A stretch of DNA of 32,000 nucleotides from Promethearchaeota archaeon (GCA_030606485.1 JAUWGH010000007.1:224161-256160); one strand, 5' to 3'; positions 1 through 8,940 are shown, counted from the first letter of the stretch. The notes: generated by a model not told the origin, from the sequence alone. Translations and numbers: made by a program.

Positions 1-3000
1 ACAGCATTTGAGAATAAATTAGAAAAGACTTCATAAATTCTATTGGGGTCAACTCTCAGATATAAATCTTTTTGAACATCTACAATAACATTAAGTTTTT
101 TATCGTTTATTTGAAAACTTAGTTCTTCAACGCAATTTTCAATTATATCGTAGATATTTTTTTCCTCTCGGATTATATCCATTTTTTTTGCGTCAATTTT
201 CATTACATCTAATAATTTCTCGATTAAAAGATTTAATCGCTGAGAATTTTTTTGGATAAGTAAGAGATCTTTCCTGATTTCAAAATCCAAATCTTTATAG
301 TGAGTGAGAATATAATCTGTATACCCCGTGATAGAAACCATAGGTGTTTTTAATTCATGAGCTGCAATTATAATAAAATCATTTTTTAACTCATCTAATC
401 TCCTTAATTCAATATTCTGCTTTCTTAATTTTTCTTCAGATTTTCTTAATTTCTGCTCTGCCAACTTCAAGTTGCTAATATCATCAAAAGTTCCTAATAC
501 CCTGATGGTTTTTCCTTCTTGATCTAATGTTGGGACCAATTTAGATCTAAAGAACACAGACTTCCCCCATTTCGAAATGTAAGGTCGCTCAGAACTGATC
601 TTTCGATTTTCCATTATGCACTTTTTATAATCAGCGGAAATTCCTGCCTTCATTAAAAGAGGAAAAGTTAAAAGATTAATCTTTTTAGTAGCTTCTTTAG
701 AAGGAGACCCAAGGAGTTTAAGGGCACTTGTATTGACATTAAGAATATTTCCATTGACATCACAAGTCAAGATTCCTATAGGTGCTTCATCAAAAAGTGT
801 TCTATATTTTTCTTCTGATTCTTTTAATTCTTCTTCTGTTAATTTACGCTCAGTAATTTCTCGTATGAAAATTGCAACTTGTTCCTTAGAAAAAAAGAGA
901 TGGCGTGCTTCATAATATTGCTCTTTTCCTCTTATCGGTAATATATATTCTAAAATTTGAGGTTTTTTTGTAGCAATTGTCTCTCTAATCTTTTTAAGAA
1001 TTTCTTGTCCAAGATTTGAAGGCACAACGTCTGCCATTCTTTTACCCATAAATTCTTTTGGGGGGGCATATAGATGTTCCACTTTACCCCGATATTCCAA
1101 TATTGTAGAATCTTCAGAAACCAAAAAGAATAAATCGGGAATTGATTCACAAATTCGCCTGAATTTTATTTCGGATTCTTTTAATTTTTGTTCTGCTTTC
1201 TTACGTTCGGTGATTTCTAGAGTAGTTTCAACGGCACCAATAACATTTCCATTTGGATCCTTCACTGGAGTAGCTCTTATAATCCAAGATCTTCCATCGG
1301 GTGTAGTTCTTTCTTGTTTCTGAAATTCTTTAGTTTCAATTGAATTTAGGACGGGACAGTCAATACATGGACTATCTCTTTGAGCCCATATCTCATAACA
1401 ATGGCGTCCAATTAATTGTTCATGGGATAAACCAACTGATTCTCCTGCTGCATTATTTGCCCATACAATTTTTAATTCTCTATCTTGATAGGAGATAAGC
1501 TCAGAAACACTATTTAAAATAAGGGCTTGTTCATCTTTAGTTTTAAGCAATTCTTCTTCAGCTTGTTTCCGCTCAGTAATATTTCGTATAAAAATTGCTA
1601 CGCGATTTTCAGTAAAAAAGAGAAGTCGTGCTTCGTAATACTGAACTTTACCTTTCATGGGAAGATTATATTCTAGAATTTGTGGTTGTTTCGAGCTTAT
1701 TGTCTTTGATACATATTCTTTAGCCATTTTTCCAAGTTCAAAAGGTAATATATCACTCAGTTTTTCACTAAGAAACTGTTCAGGAGGAATAAAAAATTCT
1801 TCCCTTTTTCCACGATAATCTATTATGGTGGTTTTCTCATCAACAAGAAAGAATAAGTCTGGAATTGATTCAAAAATTTGCCTGAATTTTTTTTCAGACT
1901 TTTCCAATTCTTTAGTCCTTTCAATTACCTTATACTCCAATTCTCTATTTAATTTTTTTAATTCCTTCTCAGCTACTTTCCTTTCTGTGATATCCTGAAG
2001 AATAACTTGGATATACTTTTTACTACCTAAATTCACTAAAGAACTATGTAAATTCATCCATACTAAAGAACCATCTTTAATATAACAAGGAATTTCGATA
2101 GGAGGCGGATTTATACCTTCAAGGATCCTCTTATTTCTGTCTTCGAAAAAGGTTTCAAGTTCAGATACCTTAAATACTGGTAAAATTTCTTTATAATTTT
2201 TACCAACCATCTCTTCTTTTTTAATTCCATATAATTTCTCAATAGTAGAATTACATTCCATAATGTTTCCTTTTGTATCCGTTAATAAAATTGAAAAAGG
2301 TGAATTTTCAAACAAATGTCTATATTTTTCCTCAGATTCTTTTAATTGTTGTTCAGCTCTTTTTTTTTCTGTGATATCTTCTGTATGAACTAACACTAAA
2401 TCGGGTGGAACAAAAGCGTAATTCACAAAAAGATATTTCCTTTTATTTGTACTTTTATAATAATAGTATAACTCTCGAGAAAAGTTTAATTTCTCTTCAA
2501 AACATCGATATAATTCTTCTAAAATTGTTGGTTGATCACTATATAATTCAGAGGCTTTAATTCCTAAATAATTTTTGATTTTACCATCAGTTATTCGCTC
2601 CGAAGCAATATTATAATCAATTAATACGAGATCATCATTTTCTTTTTGCCATGTGTAAGTAGGGATAGGAATTCCCTTGTAGAGTGCTTTAAATTTTTTT
2701 TCAGATTCTTTTAACTTTTGCTCCGCCTGCTTGCGCTCGCTGATATCTCTGGCAATACCACAAAGACCAAAGATATTACCATTAGCATCCTTAAGCGGCA
2801 CCTTGATAGTATGAAAAGTATGAGGGATTCCATGAATAGGTTTCGTTGGTTCTTCTTCAATGATTTCTCCATTGAGAACACGTTTATCTACTTCCATCAC
2901 ATGTTTCCCTGCTTCTTTACCAAATAAGTCGATATCTGTCTTGTTTTTTAACTCTTCAGCTGGTACACCAAACATCTCCTCCATCGCTGGGTTTACTTGA

Positions 3001-4310
3001 ATATATTGCAATGAGCGATTCTTAATGAATATACTATCTTTAGCTGTCTCGAAAACTGCTCGGAGCATCTCTTCACTTTTACGTAGTTTTTCTTCTATAT
3101 TTTTGCGTTCAGTGATGTCTCTAGCAATTAATAATCCTTTTTTATTCCCATTATTATCTATAAATGTACTCCCTTTAACTTCAAGCCAAATCCAATATCC
3201 TTTTTTGTGTTTAACTCTAACTATTTCCGTTCCTTCCCCAGTTTTAAATCCCATCCTTAAAGATTTAATAGTATGCTCAATATCATCATGATGGAGTAAA
3301 TCTATTGAATTTCTCCCGATTAATTCTTCCTTTTTGTATCCTAATAATTTTTGAGTGATTTGCTCATTCATATATTCAATATCAAAATTTTCATTGATAA
3401 TAATAAATAAGTCATTTGCATTTTCTGAAATCAATCGATATTTTTCTTCGGATTGTTTCAAATTCTGTGTTCTTTCATCAACTATTTGCTCTAATTCAAT
3501 ATTTAATTCTTTTAACCTTTTTTCAGATTCTTTTAATGCTTGTTCTGCTTTCTTTTTATCAGTAATGTCTACTAGAGTAATGAAATCTGCAGGTTTTCCT
3601 TCATACAAAATTGATTTAGAATATACATCGACCCATTTTAACTCTCCGGACTTTGTGAATATTCTACAAGAATACTGTGTTGCAACGTCTGTTTCTCCAG
3701 CTTGTTTCTTTTTTGCTTGTTCCATTATAAATAGTAAATCATCTGGATGGATTAATTTAACAAAATCGTTCAATGACCATCCTATTATTTCTTGAGGCGT
3801 ATAGTTACCAATTTTTGCTACAGCTTCATTTACATATTTCAAAACATTATCTTGGAGGATAACTATACCCATTAATAATTGTTCAGTAATTGTCCTGAAT
3901 TTTGATATTGATTCTTTAAGCTTTTTCTCCGCATTCTTTCTTTCGGTGATGTTATTTGCAATGCCTAAAATTCCGTAGATTTTTCCTTTTTTTTTAAGTG
4001 GAATTCCATAGGTCTCAACATATATGGAATTACCATCTTTTGTTTTAAGTTTAAATTCACTACGTTTAGATTGCTTTCTCTTTTCTTTAAGATCTTTGAT
4101 AATATTTAATGCATTAACTATTTGATTTTTATCAATTAAATTTTTAAAGGATAGATTTGGAATATCATCTCTTTTATATCCAAGTGTTTCTAATGCAATA
4201 TCATTTGCATCAAAAAAATTTCCCCTTAGATCATGAGCATAGATTAAATCTAAGGAATTATCAAATAGTGCTCTAAATTCTTTTCTAATCTCAGTTTCAT
4301 CAGTTGACAT
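1..4310 (-). CDS. Multi-PAS (about 10 PAS domains) sensor histidine kinase, 3' end truncated by the window edge
   Basis: ATG at 4310 with GAGGA upstream. Manual translation MSTDETEIRKEFRALFDNSLDLIYAHD... stays in one frame to the edge. Repeated PAS/PAC units end in (D/N/E)ITE(R/K)K..E..L(K/R)ESE. H-box AAHELKTP (His codon 357-359) and N-box EVFSNLFSNAV at the edge. Absent from the ORF track, presumably because no stop lies in the window. Confidence 0.93.
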   Translation of the reverse strand, partial: MSTDETEIRKEFRALFDNSLDLIYAHDLRGNFFDANDIALETLGYKRDDIPNLSFKNLIDKNQIVNALNIIKDLKEKRKQSKRSEFKLKTKDGNSIYVETYGIPLKKKGKIYGILGIANNITERKNAEKKLKESISKFRTITEQLLMGIVILQDNVLKYVNEAVAKIGNYTPQEIIGWSLNDFVKLIHPDDLLFIMEQAKKKQAGETDVATQYSCRIFTKSGELKWVDVYSKSILYEGKPADFITLVDITDKKKAEQALKESEKRLKELNIELEQIVDERTQNLKQSEEKYRLISENANDLFIIINENFDIEYMNEQITQKLLGYKKEELIGRNSIDLLHHDDIEHTIKSLRMGFKTGEGTEIVRVKHKKGYWIWLEVKGSTFIDNNGNKKGLLIARDITERKNIEEKLRKSEEMLRAVFETAKDSIFIKNRSLQYIQVNPAMEEMFGVPAEELKNKTDIDLFGKEAGKHVMEVDKRVLNGEIIEEEPTKPIHGIPHTFHTIKVPLKDANGNIFGLCGIARDISERKQAEQKLKESEKKFKALYKGIPIPTYTWQKENDDLVLIDYNIASERITDGKIKNYLGIKASELYSDQPTILEELYRCFEEKLNFSRELYYYYKSTNKRKYLFVNYAFVPPDLVLVHTEDITEKKRAEQQLKESEEKYRHLFENSPFSILLTDTKGNIMECNSTIEKLYGIKKEEMVGKNYKEILPVFKVSELETFFEDRNKRILEGINPPPIEIPCYIKDGSLVWMNLHSSLVNLGSKKYIQVILQDITERKVAEKELKKLNRELEYKVIERTKELEKSEKKFRQIFESIPDLFFLVDEKTTIIDYRGKREEFFIPPEQFLSEKLSDILPFELGKMAKEYVSKTISSKQPQILEYNLPMKGKVQYYEARLLFFTENRVAIFIRNITERKQAEEELLKTKDEQALILNSVSELISYQDRELKIVWANNAAGESVGLSHEQLIGRHCYEIWAQRDSPCIDCPVLNSIETKEFQKQERTTPDGRSWIIRATPVKDPNGNVIGAVETTLEITERKKAEQKLKESEIKFRRICESIPDLFFLVSEDSTILEYRGKVEHLYAPPKEFMGKRMADVVPSNLGQEILKKIRETIATKKPQILEYILPIRGKEQYYEARHLFFSKEQVAIFIREITERKLTEEELKESEEKYRTLFDEAPIGILTCDVNGNILNVNTSALKLLGSPSKEATKKINLLTFPLLMKAGISADYKKCIMENRKISSERPYISKWGKSVFFRSKLVPTLDQEGKTIRVLGTFDDISNLKLAEQKLRKSEEKLRKQNIELRRLDELKNDFIIIAAHELKTPMVSITGYTDYILTHYKDLDFEIRKDLLLIQKNSQRLNLLIEKLLDVMKIDAKKMDIIREEKNIYDIIENCVEELSFQINDKKLNVIVDVQKDLYLRVDPNRIYEVFSNLFSNA

Positions 4311-4710
4311 TTATATCCTCAATCTTTTTTTATAACATTTTTGATTAAATTTTAGCTCTACATTCTTAAGAGATATGATTATTTTTTTAATTTAATGCTA
4401 TCCTTTGTATTTGAATCATAAAAAAAACATTTAATTATATTATGAAAAATTAAATTATGTAGAATAAGTATGAATAAATTATTTAAATCCAAATTAAGAA
4501 TTAGTGATTACATTGATGAGATTTGTCCTGAAAAAATATTCATTTTTAATGAACAATCTATAAACTTAAAAAAATATTTAATAATTGATAATTCTGCTTT
4601 TAGAGTTCTGTTAAGCGGAGTTAGAATGGCTCCCAATACTACAATGACTGAATTATTAAGATAAGCGAGTATAATAACTCTAAAATCTATGATTTTGAAG
4701 TATGAATTTT

Positions 4711-4737
4711 AAAATAAAAAAAGGTAGAAAAAAAAGA
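4711..4737 (-). terminator. Putative archaeal oligo-U terminator of the actin gene
   Basis: Two A-tracts on + (4716-4722, 4728-4735), i.e. U-tracts on the transcript, 15-40 nt after the actin stop. Confidence 0.4.
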
Positions 4738-4752
4738 GTTATTTTCAATTTT

Positions 4753-5895
4753 TTAGAAACAACGATGTATTACCTGAGGTCCCATCTCTTTATATTCACG
4801 CCTAGTCACCCACATTCTATGGAATGTTTTTAGAGATGCGAGAATGGAACCACCAATCCATACACTGTACATCCGCTCTGGAGGAGCTATAATTTTAACG
4901 TCAACGCTTTCAGGAATTTGTTCTTTTATCTCCTTGGTCAATCGTTCTTTTAAACCAGGGTACATTGTGGAACCGCCAGAAAGAACGATATTCCCATAGA
5001 GATCTCTTCTTAAATCGACATCACATTCAGAAATTGAACTTACAATAATATCATCCATGGGCTCCAATTCTTTACCAATTACAGATGGGTTAAACATGCA
5101 TTCAGGTGCAAGGAATCTCTCAACTCCAACATTAATTGTTTCACCATCTGGTAACATATAGGATTTTTCCATACCTGCTACTTTCTTGGAAAGCATCATT
5201 TCCTTTTCCGGATCGACAGCTACATAGCATAATTTCTCTTTAATGTCTCGTACAATTTCTTTTTCAGCTGAAGTAGTAAATGCATAACCTTTTTGTCTTA
5301 GTAATCTTTGTAGGTAATTCGTAATATCTCTACCTGCAAGATCAATTCTTTGAATTGCATGGCTTAATGCGAATCCCTCGAATATTGGGACAACGTGTGA
5401 AACACCATCTCCAATATCTATAACGCATCCAGTTGTACGACCAGAGGCGTATAGAGATAGTACTGCTTGCATAGCAACATATAACGCAGGAACATTAAAG
5501 GTTTCAAACATAATTTCAGCCATTTTTTCTCTATTTGGTCTTGGGTTTAATGGTGCTTCGGTTAAAAGCACTGGATGTTCGCTAGGATCGATACGAAGAT
5601 CTGTATAAAAAGTATAATGCCATATTTTTTCCATAGCGGTCCAGTCTTCTATAATACCGTGCTCGACAGGAAACATTAATTTGAGGACACCTTTGAGTTG
5701 TAATGCTTCTTCCCCAATATAATACTCTCTAGTATAGTGCTCTACATCCGTCATTATACTTTCGTATTTAGGATATCCTATAAGCGTTGGAAACACGGAT
5801 CGTGGCTGATCTTCTCCAGCAAAACCATTCTTTGAAATACCAGTTCCATTATCTACGACCAAGGCTTTAGCGGAAAGAAAATCTTCTTCGGTCAT
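4753..5895 (-). CDS. Actin (Lokiactin-type Asgard actin)
   Basis: 380 aa with hallmark actin motifs: [121 protein letters not shown]-terminal HRCF. Confidence 0.98.
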   Translation of the reverse strand: MTEEDFLSAKALVVDNGTGISKNGFAGEDQPRSVFPTLIGYPKYESIMTDVEHYTREYYIGEEALQLKGVLKLMFPVEHGIIEDWTAMEKIWHYTFYTDLRIDPSEHPVLLTEAPLNPRPNREKMAEIMFETFNVPALYVAMQAVLSLYASGRTTGCVIDIGDGVSHVVPIFEGFALSHAIQRIDLAGRDITNYLQRLLRQKGYAFTTSAEKEIVRDIKEKLCYVAVDPEKEMMLSKKVAGMEKSYMLPDGETINVGVERFLAPECMFNPSVIGKELEPMDDIIVSSISECDVDLRRDLYGNIVLSGGSTMYPGLKERLTKEIKEQIPESVDVKIIAPPERMYSVWIGGSILASLKTFHRMWVTRREYKEMGPQVIHRCF

Positions 5896-6238
5896 TGTAT
5901 TTTACCAATTTGTTTTAATTTAATATTTATTTTTATTGTTAATATAAAATTACATATATTTTTGGCTTTATAATTTTATATTTTTTAAGTGGATATTTTC
6001 ACATTTTATATGTAATACACTTAAAGTTAATTTATATATGCTCTTTTTTCTATTTATATGTTATTATCTGATTCGATAGTAAATGAATGCTTAATGGTTC
6101 AGAAATGAGGAAATTATTACCACATATTGAAAAAATTCTTAGAGTTCTTCGATTTGTATTAATACAAATATCTCAATTATTAGATAAAAAAATCTAAAAA
6201 AAATTTAAATGTTAAAATTTAATGAATTTCTAAATACA

Positions 6239-6338
6239 AGAAATATTAATGATAATTTCTCAATATATGACATTGAGAAAAAATAAACTTTAACTAATTA
6301 AAAGGAAGTAAGTTATGTTAACAGGAATTCAAATTCTA
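6239..6338 (+). repeat. Degenerate duplicate of the radical SAM gene upstream region and first codons (other copy 10231-10333)
   Basis: The first 45 nt align 39/45 with 10231-10275. Similarity continues through ATGTTAAC(A/T)GGAATTCA (MLTGI). Confidence 0.85.
6256..6280. promoter_or_regulatory. Inverted repeat TTTCTCAAT-N7-ATTGAGAAA, candidate operator
   Basis: Perfect 9-bp arms. A near-copy TATCTCAGT-N7-ATTGAGAAA lies at 10248-10272 upstream of the radical SAM gene. Confidence 0.5.
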
Positions 6339-6362
6339 ATTCAATATCTTGAAAATAAAATG
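6336..6362 (+). repeat. 27-bp direct repeat, left copy (TAATTCAATATCTTGAAAATAAAATGT)
   Basis: Matches 10165-10191 (TAATTCAATATCTTGAGGATAAAATGT) with 2 mismatches. Confidence 0.75.
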
Positions 6363-6363
6363 T

Positions 6364-6697
6364 TCATGGCAACAAAAGAACTAAAAACCCAACTATAGAT
6401 GGATCTATAACTCCAATAAAATACACTAAGATTATCAAGCCCGGCCACAATGAAAACCAGCCAATAATGCATGCAAGATATGAGATTTGCCATATATATA
6501 AAAACTTACTCCTCATTTTAACAGAAACATGATTATTGAACCAATTAAATTGTGAATTGATCTTAGTTCCAGCGATGCTAATGATAAATCCAATTAATGG
6601 GGGACCAAAACCCCCTCCAAAAAGGAGTAGAACAATTGAGAGTAAAAATAAGACCAACTTACTATGCTTTTTTTCCAATAAACTTCATTATTCTCAT
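6364..6697 (-). pseudogene. Frameshifted, truncated membrane-protein gene fragment
   Basis: Hydrophobic ORF (LLLFGGGFGPPLIG, WFSLWPGLIIL). The upstream frame MRIMKFIGK joins KHSKLVLF only after a 1-nt shift in a 7-nt homopolymer (6668-6674). The ORF stops at the left direct repeat. Confidence 0.55.
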
Positions 6698-6821
6698 GGA
6701 AAAGTATTGCATTCTCGCTGATAATTACTATAATTCATATATTTTTTACCATCGAGGACTAAGATGGTTGGGAAACGTCTTTTTTACTGATTTGGATTAA
6801 TTTCCTCCCAATGAGAAATTG

Positions 6822-7580
6822 TCAAACTAATATAAAGGGAGCGGCTAATATAAAGGGAGCGGCAAGGATAATTGGAATGGCAGATAAGGAAGGGAAAAAG
6901 ATCGTTGGAATAAAATACGAAAGAAGACATAAATTAGCAATGATCCCAGAACGTGCATTCAATTTACTAAATATCGGATTCCTTAGCATAATGATTGAGG
7001 AAATTAAACACGCTGATACTATAAAGAAATGACTTAAATACATTGCAGTTCCTTGAAAAGCTATTCCGGGATTATTTATGGCTAATAATGCTTCACCTGC
7101 AGCGAGAAGTATCAATCGTTGTTCTTCGGAAGTGGTATTGAAGTAAAGTTTACTGAGGTTTAGCAATGCAAAAGCTTGGTTGGATGCGAAAGATAATATT
7201 ATTCCGACTAAACCTAGAACAGAAGCATATACCATTGCACCATAATTGGTTTTATGGAGAACTCCAAAGAGAGCTAAAAGCATCACCCCGACTAAAAAAT
7301 TATTGACTAAGTCAAAAATATCTAGAAAAACTAAACCCAAAAATGGACTATCATCTAGAAGAGTAAACCATTCAATTGCAGTTGTGGGCATAACCTCAGG
7401 ACCAATATGGAAAATTCCATTGAGTTCTGAACCAATATTTTTCCTGAAGATGAATACGGCAAGTAACGCGACAATTCCGCCTATTTTAAATAATAAATTC
7501 CATTGAGTTCTATTTTCTTCCATTTTTGGAAGACCGCCAGAAGTAGATACAGTTGTTTTAGTTGCATTTCGCAAGTTCAC
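6822..7580 (-). CDS. DUF4386-like multi-pass membrane protein, probably with a premature TGA (frame continues to TAG at 6759-6761)
   Basis: About 7 hydrophobic segments. Motifs WFTLLDDSPFLGL..LD and ALL.LS..Y...T.EEQR..LLAAGEALLA recalled as typical of this family. Alternative start at 7523. Confidence 0.6.
   Translation of the reverse strand: MNLRNATKTTVSTSGGLPKMEENRTQWNLLFKIGGIVALLAVFIFRKNIGSELNGIFHIGPEVMPTTAIEWFTLLDDSPFLGLVFLDIFDLVNNFLVGVMLLALFGVLHKTNYGAMVYASVLGLVGIILSFASNQAFALLNLSKLYFNTTSEEQRLILLAAGEALLAINNPGIAFQGTAMYLSHFFIVSACLISSIIMLRNPIFSKLNARSGIIANLCLLSYFIPTIFFPSLSAIPIILAAPFILAAPFILV
6827..6862 (+). repeat. Perfect 18-bp tandem duplication (CTAATATAAAGGGAGCGG x2) giving LAAPFI-LAAPFI
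   Basis: Directly visible; in-frame within the DUF4386-like gene. Confidence 0.95.
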
Positions 7581-8172
7581 TCATCTCTCCGTTTATAATA
7601 GGTGGATTTGCCAATTCTTTTGCCAATTCTTTTGCCCAATTCTGGATGGCATCCCAGTTTCTCGTATCATAGACTCCTGGTTTTGTCTCCTTGATTCCTG
7701 CAGCTTTAAGTTCTAATTTTAGTGGCCCCATAAATTTTTTAGCCCAGAATGGCATATTATTATAATCCCATATACCTCCAAACAGACCCATTGAGATTGG
7801 ATGCAGATTATATTTAGAAGCTTTTTCTTCAAGGTATTTTCTTCTCGCTCTCCCAATTTCTTCGGGGTCTCCATCATGATCGGGTAAACCTTGTGCACCA
7901 GAGGACACAAAGAGAGCCACTTTCTTGTTTTCCAGTTCTCGACTAAATCGTTTCAAAAAACCTTCAGCTTTACTAGTCCATCTGTTGATCTGAATTCCGC
8001 TGCCAATAATAATAAGCTCATACTCTGCTATATCTCGAACTTTCTCTTTTTTGAGATTAACTACCTTAACATCTAATTCTTCATCTTGAAGAACTTTAGC
8101 AATTTCCTCTGCGGTACCGGTAGTTGCTCCATAACGGGTACCATATACAATTAAAATTTTGTTTTTTTTCAT
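7558..8172 (-). CDS. Flavodoxin-domain protein (HemG/Flavodoxin_5-like)
   Basis: ILIVYGTRYGATTGTAEEIA FMN-binding loop, IIIGSGI, ALFVSSG, GLFGG, DTRNWDAI..WA. ATG at 8172 with GGAGG upstream is preferred over the TTG at 8190. Confidence 0.88.
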   Translation of the reverse strand: MKKNKILIVYGTRYGATTGTAEEIAKVLQDEELDVKVVNLKKEKVRDIAEYELIIIGSGIQINRWTSKAEGFLKRFSRELENKKVALFVSSGAQGLPDHDGDPEEIGRARRKYLEEKASKYNLHPISMGLFGGIWDYNNMPFWAKKFMGPLKLELKAAGIKETKPGVYDTRNWDAIQNWAKELAKELANPPIINGEMSELAKCN

Positions 8173-8176
8173 TTTT

Positions 8177-8854
8177 TTATCTTCCTCCAATTATTTTTTT
8201 TCTAGCTATCCCTTGTAATAACATGTCAATCGAGTGTTGAAGATATCCCTCAGCGGTGATGCCATACGTCTCTAAGAGTAATTGATTTACGGGAGATAGA
8301 TGTACTATACCCTCAATGGCAGAAACCAAGAACATTACTGTCTTTATTGGATCCATGTCCTTTCTTATTGTACCATCTTTAATTCCCAAACTGACAGCGT
8401 CCGTTAACATACCAAGTAATTCTTTTTTTAGTCCGATATATTCTTCCGCGTTTTCAATTTCTGTATCATCATCCTCGTCGATTTGAAGCATTTTCATAAA
8501 ACGAGGAGCTCTAGCTGAAAGATTAAGACGATAATAATCTGAGTGAATTTGTATGTAATCAAAGTAAGCTAGAATTATGCTCATTATTTTTCCTAATCCT
8601 GTAGTCTCGTTTTTTACAGCATTTTTAAACGTATCCCTAAGGATAACCATACCTTTTATTACTACGGCAAAATACAACGAAAGTTTATTTTTAAAATACA
8701 AATAGAGCGTCGTTTTAGAAAGCTCTAAATCTCCAGCGATATCATCCATGGAGACCTCATCATAACCTTTTTCAAAGAATCTCTTTTTTGCGGCTTCGAG
8801 GATATTATTGTATCGTTGTAATTTTTCGCGTTCTCTTCTAGATAATTTTGAAAT
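8177..8854 (-). CDS. TetR/AcrR family transcriptional regulator (N-terminus extended beyond the ORF-track start)
   Basis: HTH MDDIAGDLELSKTTLYLYFKNK. An in-frame upstream extension SKLSRREREKLQRYNNILEAAKKRFFEKGYDEVS supplies helix 1. The only plausible start is ATT at 8854, 6 nt after GGTGA. Confidence 0.9.
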   Translation of the reverse strand: MSKLSRREREKLQRYNNILEAAKKRFFEKGYDEVSMDDIAGDLELSKTTLYLYFKNKLSLYFAVVIKGMVILRDTFKNAVKNETTGLGKIMSIILAYFDYIQIHSDYYRLNLSARAPRFMKMLQIDEDDDTEIENAEEYIGLKKELLGMLTDAVSLGIKDGTIRKDMDPIKTVMFLVSAIEGIVHLSPVNQLLLETYGITAEGYLQHSIDMLLQGIARKKIIGGR

Positions 8855-8891
8855 CTTAATTCACCACTTTTAATTTATTAATCACTTTGTC

Positions 8892-8940
8892 TTACTACAA
8901 GTTATTTATTTTACTAATAGTAAGGTAATTACTATAGTGA
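8892..8940. promoter_or_regulatory. Triplet of TTACTAwTAGTAA-like palindromes upstream of tetR
   Basis: TTACTACAAGTTA 8892-8904, TTACTAATAGTAA 8911-8923, TTACTATAGTGA 8929-8940. Confidence 0.65.

Noticed and set aside
733-3795. Short ORFs 733-915, 950-1150, 2718-2927, 3025-3291, 3355-3795
   Set aside because: Antisense or off-frame shadows of the long PAS kinase; Ser/Phe-rich composition typical of reverse-strand translation.
4470-4664. 64-aa + strand ORF between the kinase and actin
   Set aside because: No recognisable motif or RBS, in AT-rich intergenic DNA. It cannot be supported, though a small protein is not excluded.
6100-6200. Possible third, older copy of the 27-bp repeat and a 30-aa ORF (MRKLLPHIEK...)
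   Set aside because: Similarity is too weak to distinguish from chance in AT-rich DNA.
6822-6824. TGA as selenocysteine
   Set aside because: Context suggests a Trp in a TM helix rather than a redox Cys, and no SECIS-like hairpin was recognised.
6536-8076. Overlapping small ORFs (6536-6721, 6597-6800, 6811-7032, 7246-7506, 7719-7910, 7891-8076)
   Set aside because: Shadows of the minus-strand island genes.
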